Shown: positions 52,992-64,000, counted from the stretch's first letter. The stretch: DNA of 64,000 nt from an uncultured Acidobacteriota bacterium (GCA_963804995.1 CAWDSK010000005.1:928001-992000); one strand, 5' to 3'. Program-made: numbers and translations. The notes: generated from the letters alone by a model not told the origin.

Positions 52992-53513
52992 GCAGCGTAG
53001 TCTGGACTGATCCGGAGTGGGGTTCGGTCTCCGTCGTCATGGGCAGCCATCGACCCCTATGGAAGACTCTCGCGCCATTAGGCGAGATGCCGATTTGACA
53101 GGCCGAATTTGGAAGCCGATGGCCCAGGAGCTTCAAAAAAAGGAAGGGGGTCCTTCTCTCGAAAAACGTACGGGAGCGCACCAAATAAGACGCCTCGCCC
53201 GCCGGCGGGGCTCTTACTGAGCGTTAAACGTCGAAGAGTGCCCTTAGGTATTCTTATGCTTGGAGAAGAAGGTGATGAAGAGCGTGCCATGCCGATACCC
53301 CCTTCGGCGGATTCTCCCCGCATGGACAGCCCGAATTCTTAATGCGTTTCGGTGTCCTGTTGAGGCATTATAATGCCAGTCCGCGTTGAAAGCGACGCGG
53401 GTGGACCTATCCAAGACGGACCACAACAGGCTCGGCAATCGTGCGGCGATTCGGAAGCCGACACCCTACTTCCTGCAGGACTTGTTCACGTGACATTAAC
53501 AGCAAGCACAGAG

Positions 53514-53770
53514 TGCACCTGTTTTGTAGGTCCGCGGCTTTTCGCGCTCGCAAGCGCGCGCCCATTCGGTTCACTATTGCCTCCGCACGGCATCGCGCGC
53601 GGTTTGTGCCACGGCCGACCTGCCCCGATGCATCGGGGTCTTGGCCGTGCCACTTTTGCGGTGTTGGTTCCTTTATGACCGCGACAGCTAAGAGCCGTGA
53701 CGTGTGACGCGTGACAAGTGGCGAGCAAGGGCCGAAGTTCGAGGTCGGGCACCCAATCACCGGATCGGCG
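53514..53770 (+). repeat. Left scaffold repeat of the dinJ-yafQ cassette
   Basis: Homologous to 44889-45135; its first part also matches 54374-54530 and 45665-45780. Confidence 0.75.
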
Positions 53771-53777
53771 GCAGCTA

Positions 53778-53814
53778 TTGACAGCACCCGTGTGGTGAGA
53801 TACATTGTATCTCA
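53778..53814 (+). promoter_or_regulatory. Promoter with palindromic operator for dinJ-yafQ
   Basis: TTGACA-17 bp-TACATT within TGAGATACA-T-TGTATCTCA. Confidence 0.75.
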
Positions 53815-53830
53815 GTGAGGTTCGAATCTT

Positions 53831-54085
53831 ATGGCGACGACGATGGTGCATATTCGGGTAGACGAGAAGGTGAAGCAACGGGCGGCAAAAACCCTGTCGG
53901 ACATGGGCATGTCCGTGTCTGACGCGGTCCGCATCTTGCTGGTTCGGGTGGCCGCAGAGAAGGCCCTGCCCTTCGAGGTGAAGGTTCCCAATAGAACTAC
54001 GGTGAAGGCGATGGAGGCGGCGGATCGAGCGAAGGGGAAGCGCTTCAAGTCTGCCGGCGCCCTGTTTAAGGACTTGGGAATTTGA
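53831..54085 (+). CDS. dinJ: RelB/DinJ antitoxin
   Basis: HIRVDEKVK, GMSVSDAVR, LPF, PN.TT..AM. Confidence 0.9.
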   Translation: MATTMVHIRVDEKVKQRAAKTLSDMGMSVSDAVRILLVRVAAEKALPFEVKVPNRTTVKAMEAADRAKGKRFKSAGALFKDLGI

Positions 54086-54354
54086 GCGCCCGTAACCTGA
54101 TTAGCGGTACGCAATTCCGCCGTGACGTCAAACTAGCCCAGCGGCGGGGCAAAGATATGTCGAAGCTGCGCGAGCTGATCTTGCTGCTGACTGAAGGGAA
54201 CCCGCTCCCACCCCAGTACAAAGACCATCCACTCGCCGGAGAATGGAAACACCACTGCGACTGTCACCTGGAACCTGATTGGCTGCTGATCTACAAGATC
54301 GACGGTAACGCTCTGTACTTGGTCCGCACCGGCACCCATTCGGATTTGTTCTAA
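54082..54354 (+). CDS. yafQ: YafQ family toxin
   Basis: KDHPLAG.W, DCHLEPDWLLIY, RTGTHSDLF. Confidence 0.92.
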   Translation: MSARNLISGTQFRRDVKLAQRRGKDMSKLRELILLLTEGNPLPPQYKDHPLAGEWKHHCDCHLEPDWLLIYKIDGNALYLVRTGTHSDLF

Positions 54355-54373
54355 CCGTCGGGCCAGGAGCAAG

Positions 54374-54750
54374 CGTAGCGCGGGCTTGTTCGTTGGGTCC
54401 GCGGCCTTAGCCGCGCGCCAGCGCTCCCCCGTTCGGTTTACTATTGCCTCCGCACGGTATAGCCCGCACTTTGTGCCACGGCCGACCTGCCCCGATGCGT
54501 CGGGGTCCTGACCGTGACCCTTCACGAGCGGGAGAAGCTGTGAAAAAATAGATAATCTCGCGCAGAGCCGCTGCGGCGCAGAGATTTTAAGCAAATAACT
54601 GATTTGTTTTCTTTGGGGCCTCCGCGCCTCTGCGTCTCTGCGCGAGGTGCTTTTGCTCGTTCAGGGATTTTTTCACGGCTTCGGACGCCCGTGGCACTTT
54701 TCTCGGACAATTCGTTGCCCGCATTGCATTTTTGGGCTACCGGTAGCCCA
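54374..54750 (+). repeat. Right scaffold repeat with a nested MITE (54534-54682)
   Basis: Near-identical to 45665-45993. Confidence 0.85.
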
Positions 54751-54906
54751 GTTTAGGGACTCGCGATGGGTAGTCTGGGCCCTCTACCAAGCCCCTGGAC
54801 TCAGCCAAAGAAAGTGCGCTGGAACCCGTCGGGGGGTGTATAGTGCGGGGCGGTTGGGAGCCAAAAGGGGAATTCCGGCTCAGAACCCTTCGAAAGGAGC
54901 AACCCA

Positions 54907-56238
54907 ATGTTTTTGATCAAACACGGTCCCGCCCGTTTTCTGGTTGCATGCCTGACAGCTTGGGCGCTTATGGGTGTGGTGGCATGTTCAAATTCTCAGA
55001 CCGGCAAGAAACAGCCTTTGGTGGTCACGGTCGGTCACGACAACGCCGACGTGATTGGCGATGACAACGTCGCCATTCAAAAAGCCATCGACCGGGTGGC
55101 AGCCGCAGGAGGAGGAGTTGTCCGGATAAAAGCTGGCACTTACATCTTCTCCAACTGGGTGCGCCTGGCCAGTCATATGACCCTGGAGGGAGAAGGCGCC
55201 GACAAGACGATTCTCAAGAAGGGTCCGCGCGTGGAAAGCCGGGTGACGGTCGATGCCGACTCCACCGAAGCGGAGGCCACGGTCGAGGACGCGAGCGCGT
55301 TCAAGCCCGGCATGGGCGTCGTGGTCTTTGACAACCACCTCTGGTGCCGGTATCCCTATGTGCGGACCGTTTTGCGCATCGAGGGCTCCAGGCTCATCTT
55401 TGACGACATTCTCGAGGTCGACCATGCCGCCGCCCAGTCCGCCATGGCCAGCAACTGTTTTCCGCTGATTGCCGGCATCAATGTGGAAGATGACCAGGTC
55501 CGCAACCTTACCGTCGAGGGCAATCGGACGGGGAAGGAGCCCGCTGTCGAAGCCCATTTGGTCGATCCCAGCGCGCTCCTCTTTTACGGTTCCAAAAAGT
55601 TCAGCATTCGCGGGGTCGTAGCGCGCAATTTCGCGGGCGATGGCATCAGCGCATGGTACGCGGAAGATCCCACCATCGAGGATTGCGAGAGTTATGGCAA
55701 CACCGGTTTGGGCATCCACTTGGGGAGCAGGGCCCTGCGCGGCCAGGTTCGACACAACCGCAGCCACAACAACCACTCGGACGGAATCTATCTATGTTGG
55801 GGCGTGCAAGGCGGCAGATGGGAAGAGAACGAGTCCATCGCGAACGACGGCGACGGAATTTCGATCGGCCACAAGGACACGGACAACATTTTCATCAAGA
55901 ACGTGGTGCGTGAGAACGGCAAGGCGGGCGTCTACTTCCGCGACGATCCGGAAAGCACCGCCGGGCACCGCAACAGTTTGCGCGAGAACATCATCGAAAA
56001 CAATGGTTGCCTTTCCCACCCCGGGTATGGCGTTCGCATTGACGGGGCCACGCAGCACATCGAACTGATTGCGAACACCATTCGCGAAACCCGAACGGGA
56101 GCCCAGGCGCGCCAGAACGTTGGCCTCTATATTGGGCCGCGGGCCGGGTACGTGGTCGCCACGCAAAACGAGTTTGCAGGAGCCATGCAGAAGAAAATTG
56201 AGGACAAATCCACGGGCGGCCACAACAAGCTCGATTAG
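54907..56238 (+). CDS. Right-handed beta-helix (pectate-lyase-like) lipoprotein
   Basis: Lipobox VVAC, DDNVAIQKAID..GGGVV, repeated N..DGI motifs. Confidence 0.85.
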   Translation: MFLIKHGPARFLVACLTAWALMGVVACSNSQTGKKQPLVVTVGHDNADVIGDDNVAIQKAIDRVAAAGGGVVRIKAGTYIFSNWVRLASHMTLEGEGADKTILKKGPRVESRVTVDADSTEAEATVEDASAFKPGMGVVVFDNHLWCRYPYVRTVLRIEGSRLIFDDILEVDHAAAQSAMASNCFPLIAGINVEDDQVRNLTVEGNRTGKEPAVEAHLVDPSALLFYGSKKFSIRGVVARNFAGDGISAWYAEDPTIEDCESYGNTGLGIHLGSRALRGQVRHNRSHNNHSDGIYLCWGVQGGRWEENESIANDGDGISIGHKDTDNIFIKNVVRENGKAGVYFRDDPESTAGHRNSLRENIIENNGCLSHPGYGVRIDGATQHIELIANTIRETRTGAQARQNVGLYIGPRAGYVVATQNEFAGAMQKKIEDKSTGGHNKLD

Positions 56239-56243
56239 AAAGC

Positions 56244-58580
56244 TCACCCGCGGGCCTCACTCAACCAGTCGAAGATGGCCTCCTCCATGGCGGGCGTGAA
56301 AGAGTTGAACGCCAGGGGCGTTTGGAACTGGAGGGCGTTTTCATTCCCCAGGCGCGCATAGACTTTCCTGGCCTGTTCAACCTGCAATTGCACGTCGGCG
56401 ACCGGCGCGTAGCGATCGAGGCTGGGTGCGATGATCAAGGTGCGGCGCGGAGCAACGGCGGCCAACACATCGTCAAAATCAAAGGGCAGGCGGCTTTCCT
56501 CGCCAACAAAGAATCCGAGGCGGGGCAGCAGTCCGTGCAGGTGCGAGTACTGCCGTACGCCTTCAGTGCCCTTCTCGGCCGTGCTCAGGCGCAAAGGATC
56601 GACGCCGCAGACCGCCGCGACGCCTTTGACCCGGTCATCCAAAGCGGCGGTTATCAGTCCCACCTTGGCCCCCAGCGCGTACCCCACCAGGTAGATCCGC
56701 GAGGAATCCACTGCCTCTAGCGTCGCAATCGCATCCAGCGCGGTCCGGGTGTCCGTAACCATTTTTCCCAGCAAGGACCATTTCGGGTAGCGCTGGTAGA
56801 AATAGCGCGCATCGCGGACGCGAGTGCCGAAGCCTATCTGGTCAAAGGCGAGAACCGCAAATCCCCGCTTGGTCAGGGCGGCAAAAAACGGTTGGGTGTA
56901 GCGCGAATAGCCGGTGGCATACGCGTAAGGGTGTATCCAAACCACCACCGGCCAGTTGCTCCCCTGGGGTGAGCCGTTCGCGCCGACGGGGAAATAGAAG
57001 TTGGCCGCGAGATCGTCTCCATAGTCCAGGTCAACCTCTCCCATCGACGAGTTCTGGAAGGGGCGGTCGAGCAGCAGGGAAATCCATCCCGCATCCGCCA
57101 TGACCTCGCCCTTGAGCTCATGGCGGGCAGGGAAGCGAACGCCGGCGGGTTCTTCCCCCATTGCCCAGTTAATTTTCTGAAGGATGCCCTGCCGGGTCGC
57201 GTCGCTCCATTCGGCCGCGAGGTCGCGTTGACCGATGGCCGGGAACTTTGACGGGTCAACGGTCTCGCCCGTGAGTTTTTTCCAGCGATCAAAGGTGTAA
57301 CCGTTGACCCAGGGTTCGCGCCGAGGATAGGTTCCCCGGCCGAAGAGGGTATCGAGGAAATCACAAAAGATTTCGATGTCTCCCGCGGTGGTGGAATGTT
57401 CGCCGTCGCGCAGATTCAACCAGACCTTATCCTCGTGTCCAAGAAATCGGTAGACTTTCTGGACCGCTGGAAAGGCCTGTTCAAAGCCAAAAGGATTTCC
57501 TTGGTGCTCCGCGTAACCGGAGTACATCATGAGCCCGCGCGGGGCTACCATGGCCAGCAGAGCATGCTGGTCCACGGGAAGTTTGTGCTCCCGGCCCGCA
57601 AAAAAACGCAGGCGAGGATGAAACCAATGGGGGAAGACGCCGGTGATCTGCTCGATACTCTCGTTCGCGAACATGTCGGTGGTGTAGCGCCAGGGGTCGC
57701 ACTCGCCAGTATTGCCGCTGGAGGCGATGACGGCGGCAATGCGGTCGTCGAATGCCGCGGCCAGCAGGGCTTGTTTGCCATTCCGCGAGTGGCCGGTTAT
57801 GGCGATCTTCCGTTTGTCAACCTCGGGCAGGGTTTGCAAGTAGTCGATGGTGCGCATGCCGGCCCACGCCCAGCGCGCCAGGCAGGAAAAGTCATACTGC
57901 GGATAAACGTCGATGAATTTGTCCGAGTCATCGGCCGGGCCGAAAATCGGGTCGGTGGCAAAATAGATGCAGCCTATGTAGCCACGCCGCACTGCCGTCG
58001 CCACCCACGGCCAGGTGCGTGGATGGTTGGTGAGGAATACCGGAAACGGCCCCTTCCCCGGTGGGATGATCAACTGCACCCGCAAGGTGGCGCGGTGGTC
58101 AGGACCGAATTCGAGGCGCACATTCCTGATGGTCAGCTTGCCGTCGGTCTCGGTTCCCGTGATCACCCCGCGAAGGTTGTCAGGCGGGGGTGGCATTTTT
58201 CCAACAACCCATTGCTCATATTGGGCGCGAATCTGCTGGCGCTTCTGTTGCCATCGTTCAGGAGTCCGGACACCTTCGAGCAGGTCAGCCAGGAAGGGTT
58301 GGGACGGCATAGCGTCGAAATCCGGCGGCAGCTCGCCGGTGCGCTGGAGCCAATCTTCCCACGATTTGTCGTAGGCGTTAATCCTTCCCTCATCGAATTG
58401 CGGTTGGCGATGGGGAAGAATCTTGAGAAGCGCCTGGAGTATTTCGCGGCGTTTGTCCATTGCGTCCATGGCTACCGCCGTGGCATGGGGATGGGCATGG
58501 GCATCCGCCGCGAGCGCTGACGCACTGGCGGCCATCGTGGCGGTCTGCGTGATGAATTCTCAACGTGTGATTCCTGCCAT
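56244..58580 (-). CDS. Tandem alpha/beta-hydrolase (CE15/glucuronyl-esterase-like) with a stop codon in its Tat signal
   Basis: GHSRNGK nucleophile motif; second domain GYALGAK. The upstream in-frame sequence reads MAGITR*EF. Confidence 0.8.
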
Positions 58581-58751
58581 ATCTTTATGATCCTTTCAAT
58601 GCTTGAAGCCCGGATTTCCCCTGATGCGAATCAGGATCTCCATGCTGGCATCATGACCCGCCGCAGTATACAACTGTGTGCCGTCAAAAAGACACCGTCG
58701 TTCCACATGGCCAGCACGCAGACAGGTTCGTTTTAAGGGAGGATGCGGAGT

Positions 58752-59576
58752 TCAGTGCGTCATTGCGTAGATGACGTAATTCACGCCGATGCGGATTCCC
58801 ATATCAGAAAATTTCTGCGGATAGCGCGGATCACCCGCCCATTCCCAGGAGTCGCCCACATCCGAATTGTAGGTGATCGCCACCATGATGCGGCCCTGGT
58901 CGTCGTAAATGCCGCGCCAGTGCGGCTCGATGCCGTCAAGCTTGTGACCCTCGCGCAAGTGCTCGGCGCCCACAATCTGGAACCGGTCATCCAGATCGAA
59001 AACCGTATGGAAAATGGGGTCGGTGTTGGGGATTTCCACGATGGGGCGGTCCGGGAAAACCAGCTTCATGCTCCGTTCGAACACCTCCCATTCCAGGGTT
59101 CCGTGGAAATCGTCGGCCATGAAAAAACCGCCGCGCAGCAGGTATTCGCGCAACACTTTCGCCTGCGCTGCGGTCAAGCCCCATTCGCCTGTCTGGACGG
59201 CATAAAGCCAGGGCCAGTTGAAAACTTCGTCCCCATCATCCAGATTCACCGGTTGCTCAACGGAGCGCACCTGGAGGAGAGTCAGACGCCGGAGGGCTTG
59301 GGAAAAATTCCGATCCGCCATAGGATAATCCTGGGTCCAAAGGGAGAGCCCCTGGCGCCAGTCTCCATCAAAGCGGCCGCGATAGCCGTCATTGGGGCCC
59401 GGCGGATACATCAAGCGGGCGAAGGTCCACTCACCCTTCTCCTTCCAGTCCGGTGGCAACTGTACGTAGCCGTATTCTACGGAGGGATATTCCCGGAACG
59501 GGCGCTGGAATGCGTACAAGGCGCCGAGAAAAACCAACGCGCACCCTAATCCCCACACGGCCTTCATGATACACAT
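58752..59576 (-). CDS. DUF4159 domain protein
   Basis: W..DYP.AD, LREYLLRGGF...DDF, D.GD.WEW, GVNYVIYAMTH. Confidence 0.9.
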   Translation of the reverse strand: MCIMKAVWGLGCALVFLGALYAFQRPFREYPSVEYGYVQLPPDWKEKGEWTFARLMYPPGPNDGYRGRFDGDWRQGLSLWTQDYPMADRNFSQALRRLTLLQVRSVEQPVNLDDGDEVFNWPWLYAVQTGEWGLTAAQAKVLREYLLRGGFFMADDFHGTLEWEVFERSMKLVFPDRPIVEIPNTDPIFHTVFDLDDRFQIVGAEHLREGHKLDGIEPHWRGIYDDQGRIMVAITYNSDVGDSWEWAGDPRYPQKFSDMGIRIGVNYVIYAMTH

Positions 59577-60044
59577 GCCAGCCCGGAACTTCCGATTTCA
59601 ATTTTCGCCCCTATGTAAAACCATACGTCGGACGCCTTGCCGAATCAAGCTAGAATTGCCACGGCCTCAAAGGCGTTTGAATCTTGCCCGCGTCTGGAAT
59701 GAACTGCGGCCCATGGACCTGGGCGCGGCACTGCGTCCTTCTGTCACGGGGGCCGGAACCCTGGACTTCTGAAGTCTTTCCAACCCCAGAAAACACAGTA
59801 TTAAGGCACGTTGACTTGCGAACGGGTGGGGACTAACATGGCTTCCACCGGTGAACCTTGATGACGGGCGAGACGATTTCTGTTCGTGGATTCTGGAAAA
59901 CTGGCTGACAGTAGCGGGGGCTCGGTCGGGCGTTGGCATTCAAGTTGACAAGGGCAAGTTATGGGGCCACACACGTAGCGCCAGCCGCCGCGTCAACCCC
60001 GCGGGCAGCCGCCATCAGGACCCCTCATTCACCCGAGTACTCTC

Positions 60045-62679
60045 ATGGCTGAGCCCGGAATCCAGAAGCAGAAGAGTATGCTGGACTCCCGAGACCTGAC
60101 GGGGAAGACGGTGGGGCGATTTGTGGTCCGTGCCTTCTTGGGCGCGGGCGCGATGGGTGAAGTTTACCTCGCAGATGATTCCCGGCTGAAGCGCGCCGTG
60201 GCCTTGAAGCGACTGGCGCCGCATCTCCGTGCTGACCCGAGTTTTCGCCAGCGCTTCATGCAGGAAGCTGAACGCGCCTCCGCCCTGAACGACCCCCACA
60301 TTGCCCAGATTTATGATGTGTTCGAGGAGAGCGGTGAAGCCTATCTGGTCATGGAACACGTGGCGGGGGCAACGCTCCGCCATCGGCTGGAAAAGCCCGT
60401 CAGCATTGGCGAATTCCTGGAACTGGCCGTGCAGTGTGTCCGGGGGCTGGTGACGGCTCACGAAAAGGGCGTCCTGCATTGCGACCTCAAACCCGATAAC
60501 ATCATGCTGACCCCCACTGGGGGCGTGAAAGTTCTGGACTTTGGGGTCGCCAAGCGCTTGCCGAGCGCCGAACCCACCCAGGCAACCACCGTCGGCCACA
60601 GCAACGCCGGCATGTTGGTGGGAACACCCGCCTACATGTCCCCGGAGACTCTGCTTCTGAAGGAGCCCGACGCTCGCGCTGACATCTTTTCCTTGGGGGT
60701 TGTCTTCTACGAAATTCTGGCCGGCCGCAATCCTTTTTTGGCGGGCAGCGTGACGGGCACAAGCGACAGGATTCTGCATGAGTCTCCCCCATCTCTCACC
60801 CGGCTGAACCCGCTGGTTTCGAAGGAGCTCGAACTGGGTCATCCTCAAGATGCTTGCCAAGGACCCGGCGGAACGTTACCTGAGCGCGCGCGCCCTCCTG
60901 GACGACCTCGAAGCTCTCCGGGAAACTTCCCACCTCCCCGCCGCGTCTTCAGCGCGTCCCCGTCGGATGAACCATCGCTGGCGCGCTGCCCTGGCCGCCC
61001 TCAGCGCTGCGATGGTGTTGGGGCTGGCCGCCGCCTCGCCGTTTCTCCTGCGAAAATTCGGCCACCGCGTGGTCACCCCGGGCGTCCCGGCACGACAACA
61101 ACTGGCCGTGTTGCCATTTAACGTATTGGGCGGCGACGCTGAAACCACCGCCTTCGCCAAAGGTCTGGGTGAAACGTTAACCGCGCGGCTTACCCAACTC
61201 ACCCCCAACCATTCGCTCGATGTCGTGCCGACAAGTGAAGTCCGGGCCATCGGCGTTAATACCGTGCGCCAGGCGCGCGAGGAGTTTGGAGTGAATATCG
61301 GCCTGGAAGGCAGTCTGCAACGGTCCGGATCCATGGTGCGCGTGACCTACAGCCTGATTGACGCCAAGACGCTCCGCCAACTGCGCGGCGATGCCATTAC
61401 CGCCAGCGCGTCTGATCCCTTCGCCCTGGAAGACAAGGTGGCGGAAAGCGTGCTCCGCGCCCTGGAGGTTGAGCTCCAGCCGCAGGAACGGCGGGCCTTG
61501 GCGGCTCACGGCACCACCCAGCCGGCCGCCTTCGACTACTACCTCCAGGGGCGTGGATATTTACAAGATAACTTGAAGCCGGAAAATATCGATACTGCCA
61601 TTACCGTATTTAAACACGCCCTCGAAAAGGACCCCCATTACGGTCTGGCCTATGCTGGCCTGGGAGAAGCGTACGGATACAAATACTACTACACCAAGAA
61701 TAGCGCCTGGGTCGCCCTATCCCGGTCCGCTTGCTCGCAGGCGACCCAGTTGGCAGGAGACCAGGCCGAAGGGCATATCTGCCTGGGCGAAGTCTTTGCG
61801 CGGACCGGGGAATATGAAATGTCAGCAGAGCAGTTCCGCCGCGCGATTGAGGTGGATGCCACCAATGATTTGGCCTTTGCGGGCTTGGCGAAGGCTTACG
61901 AAGGGCTCGGAAACGAACGCGGGGCCGAGGAGACTTACCTTCGGGCCATCAGCCTTCGCCCGAATTATTCGGGAGGCTACAACGCCCTGGGAGGATTCTA
62001 TTTCGACCACGGTCGTTACGCCCAGGCCGCTACCGCGTTTCAGCGCATGGTGGCGCTTGCCCCCGACAGCTTTGTGGGATTCCAAAACCTGGGTGCAATT
62101 TACGTCCTCCAGGGCCGCTACGCCGAGGCTATCCCTGCCCTCGAGCGCTCAGCTTCCATCCGACCCACCGCCGGGGCAAGTTCCAATCTGGCTACCGCCT
62201 ACTTCGCGCTGCGACGCTATGCCGACGCGGCCCGTCTCTACGAGAATGCCGTGAAGCTGAGCGGCCAGGAATTCGAATTGTGGGGAAACCTCGGCGACGC
62301 ATATTACTGGGCGCCAGGCAGGCGCGACGAGGCCGCCGGCGCCTATCACCACGCTATTTCACTGGCTGACCGGGATTTGACGGTGAACCCCCGTGACTCG
62401 AAGACCCTGAGCTTCGCCGCCTACTATCACGCCATGCTGGGGGAGCAACCCGCAGCGCTCTCCACCCTGCGGCGAGCCCTGCAGGTGGATTCGCATAACG
62501 TGGAACTGCTATTTAACGCGGCGCTCATTTACAATCAACAGGGCGACACCGACCTGACGATCAATTGGTTGGAGAAGGCGCTTGCCGCCGGCTATCCGCC
62601 CGCCGCGGTTCGTCACACGCCGAACTTCGACGCGCTTCGCGACAATCCGCGTTTCCAGGCCCTAATGAAGAAATACTGA
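60045..62679 (+). CDS. Ser/Thr protein kinase + TolB-like + TPR protein, frameshift near 60835
   Basis: LGAGAMGEVY, VALK, HCDLKPDN, DFG, GTPAYMSPE; TM, LAVLPF, TPR repeats. Confidence 0.9.
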
Positions 62680-62701
62680 CTCCGCAAACAAGGAGGAATC
62701 T

Positions 62702-63187
62702 ATGGCCAATAGTAGTCGAACCGCAGTCTTGATGTTTATCGCGGGCGGCATCGTCGGTGCACTCGCGATTTACCTGTCGCTCGGCAGCAAACCGAAAATT
62801 ACACCCCCGCCCCAGCCACAGCCCACACCTATCGTGCGTCAAATGGCTCCCTGCGGCCAGTTTACGGGACGTGTGATGATCACCGTGTTGACCACAAAAC
62901 CTTTTGTTGACTGCCAGGGCGTGACCATGAACGTCCACGACTCCATCGAGTGGACGCCTGGCCCCGGCGTCACCAACTTCGTCATCGACTTTAAGATGAG
63001 TAAGAAACCCTTCAAGGACAAGAACGCAAATAAGAAGGGACATTTCACTGAAAAGCCTGGAGAATCCTCAGGCGAGGCGGATGACCCGTGTCCGGGCACG
63101 AACCCTTGCGCACCGTACTTTCCTTATAGCATTTCGGTAAACGGGGGTCCACCCTTCGACCCGGGCGTTATCATCACCAGGCCTTAA
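62702..63187 (+). CDS. Membrane-anchored beta-rich hypothetical protein
   Basis: AGGAGG RBS; N-terminal TM, Pro linker, four Cys, C-terminal YSISV..DPGVII. Confidence 0.7.
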   Translation: MANSSRTAVLMFIAGGIVGALAIYLSLGSKPKITPPPQPQPTPIVRQMAPCGQFTGRVMITVLTTKPFVDCQGVTMNVHDSIEWTPGPGVTNFVIDFKMSKKPFKDKNANKKGHFTEKPGESSGEADDPCPGTNPCAPYFPYSISVNGGPPFDPGVIITRP

Positions 63188-63399
63188 AAACGCGGGGGGT
63201 ATTTTGAAACGGCAGCTCCCGCCCGTTTCTGCACCGTGGGCTTCGGCTTGTTACGGGCTGCTAAGGTTCCGTGATTAGTTATCAGCGGGCAGAGTTCGCG
63301 GGTCAAATGTCGCCGACGGTCCAGTGTGGACAGGCATGCCGTTCTGAGGACGGCGCAACACATGCGCCGCCGCCCCGCCCATTTTCTCCTGGTGGTCCG

Positions 63400-63762
63400 A
63401 TGCAACCTGAACGCCAGGTATCCGTCGCCTTTATTGGGATTGGTGCAGCACTGGTCATCCCCGAATATGTCGCCCTGTCGCGCCACCCGGGCGTCACGCC
63501 AGGCGCCAGCCTCGCGGTCGGGACGGTACTGGGAGCACTCGGTGTGCTCCTCGGTAGTCTCGTTATCAGCTCGCACCCGGCGCGCTCGGCGCGTGTGCTG
63601 GGCTTGGGGTTCTGGATCTTGGTGGCTCTGGCGTTCAGTGCAGCGGCCTTCGCGGGCGCCCTGCACTGCGCTGGATGGGGGCGTCGCATTGTCTTTGGAC
63701 TGGCGGGAGTCCTGCCACTGGTGGGTCCAATCCTGGTCCTGGCCCGGGGGGACGCGGCGTAA
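63400..63762 (+). CDS. Small hydrophobic membrane protein
   Basis: Four hydrophobic segments; start codon uncertain. Confidence 0.45.
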   Translation: MQPERQVSVAFIGIGAALVIPEYVALSRHPGVTPGASLAVGTVLGALGVLLGSLVISSHPARSARVLGLGFWILVALAFSAAAFAGALHCAGWGRRIVFGLAGVLPLVGPILVLARGDAA

Positions 63763-63879
63763 CCAGTTGCGGAGTAGGCTGGCACAGAGCGATCTCAGCT
63801 CTCGCGAGGTGAAACCTGTATAATCTGGCCTTTCAGTGGCAAATCCCACCAGCGGCACCGTAGAGAGGGACGAGAACTG

Positions 63880-64000
63880 GGCGCAGAGCAGCGATGCCGC
63901 AACCAAAAGAGAATCATAGCCCTCTCCGCAGGGGAGAGGGTGGACCGCGGCCGGCGTACTCATCAGCCGGCGCGGGACGGGTGAGGGGTCACTTTCGGGA
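63880..64000. repeat. MITE-like palindromic repeat, copy of 15590-15700, running off the window
   Basis: AAAAGAGAATCATAGCCCTCTCCGCAGGGGAGAGGGTGGACCGCGG..GGGACGGGTGAGGGGTCACTTTCGGGA. Confidence 0.8.

Noticed and set aside
9176..62679. Frameshifts in the BatA, DUF4175-like, A2M, ATPase and kinase genes as programmed recoding or mass pseudogenisation
   Set aside because: They are scattered single-base indels in otherwise intact genes with no common slippery motif; sequencing error is more parsimonious. Read data are needed to confirm.
1..64000. tRNA, rRNA, riboswitch or RAYT gene
   Set aside because: None recognised by eye; a covariance-model and HMM search would be needed to exclude them.

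Overview
GC-rich bacterial window whose gene content resembles Acidobacteriota (Terriglobia); this assignment is inferred from gene families only. Several long genes carry single-base frameshifts, most likely sequencing or assembly indels. From left to right: an ISKra4-type IS; a 7-gene MoxR/DUF58/vWA operon; a toxin-antitoxin (TA) cluster surrounding an AIPR + GHKL/MORC-like ATPase pair; a thioester alpha-2-macroglobulin, ric and DUF2461; an IS1182 nested inside a MITE; a repeat-delimited array of TA cassettes followed by a putative defence operon (NDT/TIR-like + P-loop ATPase, small nuclease-like protein, membrane protein); an IS1595 remnant; a wHTH-TPR regulator beside a STAS/SphA/stand-alone V4R cluster; carbohydrate-active enzymes, DUF4159 and a Ser/Thr kinase-TPR. 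The most striking feature is non-coding. Nine TA modules sit among recurrent GTAG-type REP hairpin units and heptamer tracts. Different TA pairs occupy homologous flanking scaffolds, and ISs and MITEs insert precisely into the hairpins, one with a 22-bp target duplication. I saw no rRNA, tRNA, CRISPR array, integrase or REP-associated Y1 transposase.
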